Position numbers and translations under genes: made by a program. 64,000 nt of DNA, taken from the NCBI GenBank assembly GCA_029560515.1, contig JAKQKT010000370.1:98-64097 (forward strand), in the 5' to 3' direction. The stretch comes from Pseudomonadota bacterium. Its GTDB lineage: Bacteria > Pseudomonadota > Gammaproteobacteria > Xanthomonadales > Xanthomonadaceae. Each line of letters opens with the position of its first letter. The stretch's first letter is position 1. Below the pieces are notes generated by a model, which searched no databases, was not told the origin of the DNA, and worked only from the letters and a program-made list of their open reading frames with translations. Positions 56,591 through 64,000 of this stretch are shown here, in pieces.

Positions 56591-58420
56591 CTACAAGTAC
56601 CCAAACCGCTCCAGCCACGGCTCCAGATACCTCATCGCCTCTGGGGTAAAGTACTTTTCGTATGCCTGCCAACGACCTACCGACCGGGCGTTCACCTGCT
56701 CCACAACCTGCGTGTAGCTCGGTGTCTTGATCGCGCCCTTGTTTTTGGCACGCTCGGTGAAGGCGAGCAGTTCTTCATGCCAGGGCAGTTCGAGAAATTC
56801 GAATAATGCGCGGGCCCGGCCTTCGGTGTCGGCGACCAGGTCTTCGTATTTCCATTCCAGTACAGGCAGCTTCAGTTGTTCGGCATTTTGATACCAATGT
56901 CTGAAGACCCTGTCGTACATCTGTGCGGTGCTTTCGATGGTTTCGAAAGTCAATGCGAATGCCGGGGCGCGGAAATGTTGCATGTAGCAGCTGAGCACGA
57001 CATCGCAGGGGTGCCGTATGGCAAGAATCACCTTCGATTGCGGGAAAAAATTCTGCAGGGTCGGCAAACGCACCATGTTCAACGGATTTTTATCGACTGC
57101 ACGTTGCGCTTTTTTATCCGGGGCCACCAAAGCCACTTCATGAAAATATTCGCTGCGCTGTTCCCGCCATTGCTGCTGCGTGAGGTTCTGAATGCAGTCA
57201 AATACATGGCTACCATTCGCCGTCAATCGTCGCACGATGTGTTGCAGGAAAGGCTGCTCGTCGAACGAAACCAAATCCGGATGGGCATCCAGCAATTGTT
57301 CAAGCAAGGTCGTGCCCGAACGCGGAAAGCCGACGACGAATACCGGATCACGATGCTCGTCACTACCCTGGCAGGCAGGATTCCATGTCGGCATGACCTG
57401 ATCCAGCACCGCGAAAGCTTCGGTATTGTCACGCAGGGCGGGATGATTTTTGCTCACCAGCGCGCGGCGCTGTGCGTGCGCTTTCTGCATTACCTGCATC
57501 ACCGCATCCGGCTGTTTGCATTTATCTAGCACGGCGGCATATTCGAATTCCAGGCCGAGTTTCAGGCTTGGATCATTATGCGGTTTGTGCAGCACGCGCT
57601 CGAAATAGTCTTTCGCGCCTGCAAAATCCTTTTCGCGCATCGCCATCTTGGCCTGCATCTGAAAATAATTATCCAGCAGCTTCGGATTTTTCTGCATCGC
57701 GTCTTCATGCAGCCTGCCCTGTATTTCCTTCGCCAGCGTGATGCGATTGGTGCGCTCATAGGTCATGACCAAACCGATATCGCAATCCTGCTTCAGGTCC
57801 GGATCAGTCGAGCCAGCGGCGAATTGTTCGATGGCCTGCTCGTACCATTGCCCGCGAAACAACAAATAACCGAAGTCCGCTCGCTGCCCGTCATCCAAAG
57901 CGATCGATTGCAGATAATCGGCGCAGGCTTTTGCTTCGGTCCACAAGTCCATCGCCTGCAAAACTCGCAGCTTGAACAAATGAAACTCGGCATCGTGCGG
58001 GGCACGTTCAATCGCGGTAACAATATGACGACGCGCCAATTCCAGCGGGCCGACCACGGCATAGGCACGGGCCAGGCCAAAGTGCAGTGCAGGATCGGTA
58101 GCGCCTAGCACTAGCGCTTTTTGAAGCGGCTCTAGCGCCTCGGTTTCGCGCTCCAGTTCGCACAGGCAATTGCCCAGGTTCGACCAATGCGCCGCGTTTT
58201 GCGGTTGCGCCACGCACAAGGCTTCATACTCGGGCAAAGCTTCCGACGGTCTTTTCAAAAGACTCAGTGCCAATGCTTTCAATATTTTCCAGCTCATTGC
58301 TTCCGGCCCCTTGTCGCCGGCTTGCAGGGCCATTTGCAAGACCTTGTTAAAATCGGCTTGCTCCAGGGCACTGAATGCGCGATTTAGCGAAGCGGCATTG
58401 TCAGAAATCGAATCGGACAT
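56591..58420 (-). CDS. TPR-repeat sulfotransferase (TPST-like/Sulfotransfer_3)
   Basis: N-terminal TPRs (HWSNLGNCL, LHFGLARAY); 5'-PSB VGFPRSGTTLLEQLLDAHP; DKNPLN; 3'-PB RHPCDVVLS; YEDLV; TPSYTQV. Confidence 0.9.
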   Translation of the reverse strand: MSDSISDNAASLNRAFSALEQADFNKVLQMALQAGDKGPEAMSWKILKALALSLLKRPSEALPEYEALCVAQPQNAAHWSNLGNCLCELERETEALEPLQKALVLGATDPALHFGLARAYAVVGPLELARRHIVTAIERAPHDAEFHLFKLRVLQAMDLWTEAKACADYLQSIALDDGQRADFGYLLFRGQWYEQAIEQFAAGSTDPDLKQDCDIGLVMTYERTNRITLAKEIQGRLHEDAMQKNPKLLDNYFQMQAKMAMREKDFAGAKDYFERVLHKPHNDPSLKLGLEFEYAAVLDKCKQPDAVMQVMQKAHAQRRALVSKNHPALRDNTEAFAVLDQVMPTWNPACQGSDEHRDPVFVVGFPRSGTTLLEQLLDAHPDLVSFDEQPFLQHIVRRLTANGSHVFDCIQNLTQQQWREQRSEYFHEVALVAPDKKAQRAVDKNPLNMVRLPTLQNFFPQSKVILAIRHPCDVVLSCYMQHFRAPAFALTFETIESTAQMYDRVFRHWYQNAEQLKLPVLEWKYEDLVADTEGRARALFEFLELPWHEELLAFTERAKNKGAIKTPSYTQVVEQVNARSVGRWQAYEKYFTPEAMRYLEPWLERFGYL

Positions 58421-58493
58421 AGGTCAAAAAAGGTTATGATGAAATCAGCAGGAAATGGAATAACAAGAGACTTAGTTTACCTTGAACACCGCC

Positions 58494-59060
58494 ATGACAA
58501 CCGATTCCCTCAGCCGCTATATCCAGGTTTTTGATAACGCCTTCAGCCCGGCACTTTGCCAGCAGATGATCAGCTCGTTTCATAACCTGCAGCGCTTTCA
58601 GCGTCCCAATGGTCGCGGCATTCGACCAGGACACGAGGAAAGCGCCTGGACCGAACTGAATCTTGATCCTCTATCCGATGCCGGTTTCCGCGCCATGATT
58701 CTGGAAAACATGCATCGGCATTGCGGTCTTTACAACGATTCGCTCAAGCAAACTATCGCGATACCCCTCACAGACAAAATCAGCGAATTGGTCATGAAGC
58801 GGTACAAACCGACCGGCGACGAAGGCTTCCAGCTGCACTTCGATTCCATCGGTGAAAAAGCCAATCGCTATCTGGTATTTCTCTGGTATTTGAATGATGT
58901 TGCCGAAGGCGGCGGCACCGAATTTCCGGAGCTTGGCATCACGGTCCAGGCGAAAGCCGGACGACTCGTGATATTCCCGCCCTATTGGATGTACCAGCAT
59001 ATTGGTCAAGCGCCGATCAGCAACGATAAATATATTTTGTCGACCTATTTTTTATTCTAG
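58494..59060 (+). CDS. 2OG-Fe(II) oxygenase, prolyl-4-hydroxylase-like
   Basis: HFD, LWYLNDVAEGGGTEF, FPPYWMYQH, KYILST. Confidence 0.88.
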   Translation: MTTDSLSRYIQVFDNAFSPALCQQMISSFHNLQRFQRPNGRGIRPGHEESAWTELNLDPLSDAGFRAMILENMHRHCGLYNDSLKQTIAIPLTDKISELVMKRYKPTGDEGFQLHFDSIGEKANRYLVFLWYLNDVAEGGGTEFPELGITVQAKAGRLVIFPPYWMYQHIGQAPISNDKYILSTYFLF

Positions 59061-59062
59061 CC

Positions 59063-59917
59063 ATGAACGATCCCGAAAAACTCGCGGCGCATAACCGCAA
59101 GATCGCGAAGAACATGATGCAATCGGTGTTCGAATTGGCGAGCGATCTGGCCGGGCTCGGCATCTTTCCCGAGCAGGCTGCGAAGTCCCGCAATGCGATG
59201 CCGATTCATCAGCGACTCGGTCAAATACAACAGGCCATCGAGCAACTGCGTGCCGATTTGGCAACTTTGCGCGGACCGTATTTAGGCCAGCAGCTTCAAG
59301 GCCTGGGCGTCAATCAAACCAGCAAAAACCTGCAGCTGCACATAGGCAGCGGCCCTTATATTCTGGATGGCTGGATCAATCTCGATATTTTCCCGGCCCA
59401 ACTTTCCACCAATGTGCTTTGGGGTCTACCGTTTACCAACGGCCAATGTCGTTATGTGTTTCTTTCGCATTTGCTTGAGCATCTGTTTTATCCGACCGAT
59501 GCGATGGGTTTACTGAAAGAAATCCATCGCGTACTCGAACCCGGCGGCATCGTCCGCATCGTGGTGCCGGATATCGAGCAATGCCTGCGTGCCTACCAGG
59601 AAAACAATGCGGCGTTTTTCGAACAACGCGTTGAACATTGGGGTGCGGGCGATGGGAATGCAACACGACTCGAACATTTTCTTTCCTACGCCGGCGCGGG
59701 TCCCGATCCGGCATGGTTATTCGAAGCACACAAGTTCGGCTACGATTTCGAAACGCTCGAACGCGCATTGCAGCGTGCCGGCTTCAAGACGATTCATCGT
59801 TCGCAATTCATGGGCAGCGAACATGCCGCCTTGCGTGTCGATGAACATAGCCAGGTCGCCAGTGCGAAATTCGGCGACAACTACTATTCACTTTTTGTCG
59901 AAGCCCAGAAAGAGTAA
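59063..59917 (+). CDS. Class I SAM-dependent methyltransferase (type 11-like)
   Basis: LHIGSG..GWINLD, SHLLEHL, EIHRVLEPGGIVRIVVPD. Confidence 0.85.
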   Translation: MNDPEKLAAHNRKIAKNMMQSVFELASDLAGLGIFPEQAAKSRNAMPIHQRLGQIQQAIEQLRADLATLRGPYLGQQLQGLGVNQTSKNLQLHIGSGPYILDGWINLDIFPAQLSTNVLWGLPFTNGQCRYVFLSHLLEHLFYPTDAMGLLKEIHRVLEPGGIVRIVVPDIEQCLRAYQENNAAFFEQRVEHWGAGDGNATRLEHFLSYAGAGPDPAWLFEAHKFGYDFETLERALQRAGFKTIHRSQFMGSEHAALRVDEHSQVASAKFGDNYYSLFVEAQKE

Positions 59918-59925
59918 AACCCCGC

Positions 59926-61200
59926 ATGACAGCCATCATCCAGGCCCTGTTGAACCAGGCGCGGCAATATGTCGAGAACAATGACAAGCGTGCGGAAAAA
60001 GCCTTCGCTACCGTGCTGGAAAATGATGCATTCAATGTTGAAGCCCGAACCTTCCTGGCACGCCTGGCGATGCAGTCGGGTAAGCCGCAACTGGCTTTCG
60101 AGCACCTGCAAATCGCCACCCGGGTCAATCCCGCGAATGCCGCCCTGTGGCGCAGTCTGGGGCTTGCGCATATTGCACTCGATCAATGGCCGCAGGCGCA
60201 AATCGCGCTGGAGCAATGCCTGCAGTTGGCGCCCAGGATGCATGCCGCACGCTTGCATCTCGGCAAAGCTTTTGAACAGCAGGGCCTGCATAACGACGCC
60301 GTCAAGACTTATCTGAAGGCACTGAGCGAAGCACAACGCGAAGGGCTCTGGCTCGACGAATCAACGACACCGCCGTGGCTGCAGAAAGATATCCTGCATG
60401 CCGCCGATATCGCGAATCGTGGCCGCCTGGAAATTTATGACAGCCTGATGCAACCGCTGTTCAATCGCTTCGGTGCAGACGATCTTCAGCGCGTGGATCG
60501 TTGCGTGAAAGGCGTGCTGGGTTTTGAAAACCTGAAGGCCATGAGCAAGCTCCAGAAGCCGACTTTCATGTATTTTCCGGATCTGCCCGAAACACCGGTA
60601 TTTGATCGCCGTTTATTCCCCTGGTTCGAACAACTTGAAAACAATTTCCTGCCGATTCGCGACGAAGCAGAAAAAATACTCGAACGCAAAAATGCAGTCT
60701 CGCCATTTCTTGCGCTGGGCGAAAAGGACAAGGCTTCCGATTATCTCGGTGGCGAACATCCGAATTGGGATGCCTATTTTTTCTATCGCCACGGTGAAAA
60801 ATTCGAACAGCATCATCTGGAATGCCCGAATACCGCCGCGACGCTCGAATCGCTGCCGCTGGTAAGGATCAGCGAACATGCGCCGGAAATCTGTTTTTCG
60901 ATACTGACGGCGGGCACGCATATCCTGCCGCATTACGGCACCAGCAATATCCGCTCGGTGGTGCACCTGCCCCTGATCGTTCCGGACAATTGCGCACTCA
61001 AAGTCCAGGACGAGCTCATTCCCGGCAAGGCCGGCGAATGTTTTGCCTTCGACGACACTTTTCTGCATGAAGCCTGGAACCGCGGCAACAGCCATCGTGC
61101 CATTTTATTGATGGATGCCTGGAACCCCTACCTGAGCGAGGTCGAACGCATTAGCCTCGGCGAACTGATCAAGACCATCGGCCATTTCAATCGTAGTTAG
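59926..61200 (+). CDS. TPR + aspartyl/asparaginyl beta-hydroxylase domain protein
   Basis: N-terminal TPRs; CPNTA, FSIL.AGTHILPHYG.SN, HLPL, FDDTFLHEAWN, RAILLMD. Confidence 0.9.
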   Translation: MTAIIQALLNQARQYVENNDKRAEKAFATVLENDAFNVEARTFLARLAMQSGKPQLAFEHLQIATRVNPANAALWRSLGLAHIALDQWPQAQIALEQCLQLAPRMHAARLHLGKAFEQQGLHNDAVKTYLKALSEAQREGLWLDESTTPPWLQKDILHAADIANRGRLEIYDSLMQPLFNRFGADDLQRVDRCVKGVLGFENLKAMSKLQKPTFMYFPDLPETPVFDRRLFPWFEQLENNFLPIRDEAEKILERKNAVSPFLALGEKDKASDYLGGEHPNWDAYFFYRHGEKFEQHHLECPNTAATLESLPLVRISEHAPEICFSILTAGTHILPHYGTSNIRSVVHLPLIVPDNCALKVQDELIPGKAGECFAFDDTFLHEAWNRGNSHRAILLMDAWNPYLSEVERISLGELIKTIGHFNRS

Positions 61201-61209
61201 CTTCATTTT

Positions 61210-62013
61210 TCAGAAAGCGTGTTTTGCCAGAATCGCGGCGACCAGCAGCAGGAATCCGGCAAAAATCTGTTTCAGGCGCGCGGCCGGCAAGCGATGCGCC
61301 CACTTCGCGCCAAGCGGTGCGGCAATGATCGAAGCTAGCGCAATCAGCAATGCCACCGGCGTATTCACAAAGCCGACACTGCCGACTGGCATCGTGCCGT
61401 GTGGTGTCAGGCTCGCGTAGGTGATCGCGCTCGACAGCGCGATCACGACACCGCAGGCACTCGACGTTGCCACGGCGCGCACCGGCACAATGCCGCGCGT
61501 GACCAGCAAGGGAACGGTCAAACTGCCGCCGCCGATGCCGACAATCGAAGAAACAAATCCAATCACCACGCCTGACACACTGTAAAACGGTCCGCGTGCC
61601 TCCTTGTTTTCGACGTTCGCTTTTGGTTTGGGCCATTGCAGCAACATTTGAGCCGCAACCAGCACACAGAAAACCGCTACCGATATTTTCAGAGTGCGGG
61701 CTTCAAGTTGCACGGCCCAGATGCCGCCCAAGGCAGCGCCCAGCAATAATCCCGGCGTAAGCCACCAGGTGGTAACCCACAAGACAGCACCGCGTTTATG
61801 GTGCGCATACGCAGAAGAAATACCGGTAAGAAAAATACTTGCCAACGAGGTTGCCAATGCCATCGGCATGACACTCGCTTCATCAACACCTTGATGGGGC
61901 AGCAGGAAAACAAGAATGGGTACCAGCACCAGGCCACCGCCCACGCCCAGCAAGCCTGCCATCAGGCCGGCCAGAATTCCGGCCAACGGATACAGCAACC
62001 ATTCAAGTCCCAT
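61210..62013 (-). CDS. Sulfite exporter TauE/SafE family protein
   Basis: AGLLGVGGGLVLVP, ALATSL, VGIGGGSLTVP, AVATS, APLGA. Confidence 0.9.
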   Translation of the reverse strand: MGLEWLLYPLAGILAGLMAGLLGVGGGLVLVPILVFLLPHQGVDEASVMPMALATSLASIFLTGISSAYAHHKRGAVLWVTTWWLTPGLLLGAALGGIWAVQLEARTLKISVAVFCVLVAAQMLLQWPKPKANVENKEARGPFYSVSGVVIGFVSSIVGIGGGSLTVPLLVTRGIVPVRAVATSSACGVVIALSSAITYASLTPHGTMPVGSVGFVNTPVALLIALASIIAAPLGAKWAHRLPAARLKQIFAGFLLLVAAILAKHAF

Positions 62014-62060
62014 AACGAATTCTGCACAGTAATATTAGAGGCATCGGGTAAACTAGACTC

Positions 62061-64000
62061 ATGAAAAAAATCATCATAACTATTTTTGCGATTGCCTGTT
62101 CATTCAACAACATGGCGCAGGCAAGCGAATGGACATCCCAGCGTGGCAGCATTGAAGCCGCCCTGACCGCCAGTGAACGTGAAGAACTGGGCGTACTTGA
62201 TCGGAACAGCCTCAGCGAACATCCCTTATTCAGTTGGCTGGAGGTTCTCTCGTTCAAGAAGCGCCTGAATGCAAAATTGATTCACGACAATGATCGAAAA
62301 GACATCGAAGCCACGATTCAGCGCTATCCCTCGATGGCCGCCGGTGACTGGCTACGCAATGCCTATCTGAATTATTTGAGCAGCCAGAAAGACTGGACGA
62401 CCTTCTCGCGATTTTACCGTGGCAGTGACGATACAGATTTGCAATGCGGCGATCTGAATGCCCGCATGGCTCAAAACAAGATTGATGATGTGTGGATTGC
62501 CGATACACAAAAAATCTGGCTCAGCGGAAAATCATTGCCCAATTCCTGCGATCTGCCGTTTCAGCGTTTAGGCCAATTGAGCAAACTCGATAATGCCCTG
62601 CGCTGGCAGCGGATTGATCTGGCAGCAGCACAAAACCAGACCGCCCTGATGCGAGCCTTGGCAACGCCTTTGTCGGCTGACGAGGCTTTATTGGCACGAA
62701 GCTATGCCGATTTCATCGATAGCCCGCATCCACGCTATGCCGGCTGGCCGCGCAGCCTGCGCAGTCGGCAAATCGCCGTGCAAGGCCTGGTGCGTTTGGC
62801 AAAACACAGCCCCGATGCTGCCGAGGCACAACTCCCCGCCATAACAACGACACTCGGCTTGCAGGAAAGCGAACGCGGCCGGGTATTGAACGAAGTGGCA
62901 CTGTGGACGGTGGCTTCCTATGGTGCGAATTCGGCACAACGACTCAATGCAGTGCCCGATATTGCCTACGATGAAAAATTGCACGAGTGGCGCGTTCGCG
63001 AGGCCATGAGTCGCGGCGATGATGTCGCCGCATTGGCCGCCATTGAAAAGATGGGTAGCACGCAGCGCAACAGTTCGCAGTATCAATATTTCGAAGCGCG
63101 TTTGCGCGAACGCCTGAACCAGAAGGAATCGGCAAGAATATTGTTTGCCAAAGCCGCCCAAAGCGCCAACTTCCATGGCTGGCTGGCGGCAGACCGTTTG
63201 AACCAGCCTTATCTTCTGTGCCCGATCGAGCCCAGTAATAATCGTGCCGTCATTCAGAAAGTGGCGAATGATGCCCGCATCGTCCGCGCTTTCGAATTGT
63301 TTGCGATTGATCGCGTGAATTTTGCATTGAAAGAATTCAATGCCGCACTGGAAGCTTTTACGCCAGAAGAAAAGAAAGTGGCCATCGCACTGGCCCAGGA
63401 TGAAAACTGGTACGACCGCGCCGTCTTTTCAATCGGAAACACGCCGACCGATTTGCAATATTACTCCTTGCGTTTTCCACTTCATCACGAAAGGCATTTG
63501 CGCGAGCAGGCGAAGATCAATGCACTCGACCCTGCATGGGTCGCCGGTGAAACCCGGGCCGAAAGCATTTTCATGCCGCGCGCGCGTTCCGCTGCCGACG
63601 CCCGTGGTCTGATGCAAATCCTTCCTGGCACCGGGGCGCAGGTCGCGGCACGTCTCGGTATTCCCTGGCGCGGCGGCGAAAGCCTGTTTGAACCGGAGAC
63701 CAATATCACGCTGGGAACCGCCTACCTGCGGCAAATGCTGGACCGCTACAACGGCCTGCCCTACATGGCCATCGCTGCCTACAACGCAGGTCCGGCACCG
63801 ATATCGCGCTGGAAAGATGCACGCCCTGCGCTGGATCCGGATTTCTGGATTGAAACCATTCCCTACAAGGAGACCCGCGACTATGTTTCGCGTGTCTTGG
63901 CGTTTAGCGTGGTATACGATTGGCGACTGGATCGAACTGCCACCTCATTGACCGATCGAATGCTGGGGCGCTTCAATCAAAACCAACGCCGCGCTTTTGT
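62061..64000 (+). CDS. slt: Soluble lytic murein transglycosylase Slt70-like (runs off window; missing from ORF track)
   Basis: ATG 62061 with signal peptide MKKIIITIFAIA; in-frame RAESIF (catalytic Glu, 63561), ARGLMQ, LGTAYL, AAYNAG, IETIPYKETRDYV. Confidence 0.93.
   Translation, partial: MKKIIITIFAIACSFNNMAQASEWTSQRGSIEAALTASEREELGVLDRNSLSEHPLFSWLEVLSFKKRLNAKLIHDNDRKDIEATIQRYPSMAAGDWLRNAYLNYLSSQKDWTTFSRFYRGSDDTDLQCGDLNARMAQNKIDDVWIADTQKIWLSGKSLPNSCDLPFQRLGQLSKLDNALRWQRIDLAAAQNQTALMRALATPLSADEALLARSYADFIDSPHPRYAGWPRSLRSRQIAVQGLVRLAKHSPDAAEAQLPAITTTLGLQESERGRVLNEVALWTVASYGANSAQRLNAVPDIAYDEKLHEWRVREAMSRGDDVAALAAIEKMGSTQRNSSQYQYFEARLRERLNQKESARILFAKAAQSANFHGWLAADRLNQPYLLCPIEPSNNRAVIQKVANDARIVRAFELFAIDRVNFALKEFNAALEAFTPEEKKVAIALAQDENWYDRAVFSIGNTPTDLQYYSLRFPLHHERHLREQAKINALDPAWVAGETRAESIFMPRARSAADARGLMQILPGTGAQVAARLGIPWRGGESLFEPETNITLGTAYLRQMLDRYNGLPYMAIAAYNAGPAPISRWKDARPALDPDFWIETIPYKETRDYVSRVLAFSVVYDWRLDRTATSLTDRMLGRFNQNQRRAF

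Noticed and set aside
56549-56806. Remainder of the 110-aa ORF 56474-56806 as an intact transposase
   Set aside because: Transposase similarity ends at ~codon 25; the rest lacks HUH/Tyr motifs and mostly overlaps the sulfotransferase antisense.
58421-58493. RiPP precursor peptide for the tailoring cluster
   Set aside because: No small ORF with an SD and credible leader/core was found here or in the nearby intergenic gaps.

Overview
64 kb of a moderately GC-rich gammaproteobacterial chromosome. Gene order (colR/colS-rimK-tRNA-Gly-thiS-thiG-trmB-SLC13; pgk-gph-pyk-fba) points to Xanthomonadales/Lysobacteraceae, which is an inference. The first ~31 kb is mostly housekeeping: two OmpR-family two-component systems, an RND pump headed by a CDGSH gene, glycolytic genes interrupted by a DUF3857-transglutaminase/Sel1 pair, and several REP-type palindromes. 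The accessory half holds three notable modules. (1) 31.3-44.3 kb: an apparently complete extracellular polyhydroxybutyrate (PHB) scavenging locus with a TonB-dependent receptor, a lipoprotein PHB depolymerase, a close PhaZ7 homologue, a 3HB-oligomer hydrolase, a GntP-type permease, BdhA and a CrbS/CrbR-like sensor pair. A GTAC-N4-GTAC palindrome sits at a constant activator distance from five candidate -10 boxes. (2) 48.4-56.6 kb: a Sec-signal SpvB/FG-GAP/RHS (TcB-TcC fusion-like) polymorphic toxin with a zinc-metalloprotease tip, a lipoprotein immunity candidate and a truncated RAYT-like transposase whose upstream region is homologous to the rhs upstream region. (3) 56.6-62 kb: an orphan tailoring cluster (TPR-sulfotransferase, P4H-like dioxygenase, methyltransferase, TPR-AspH, TauE) near a second TonB-dependent receptor. 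All calls come from motif recognition and hand alignment; no database search was run.
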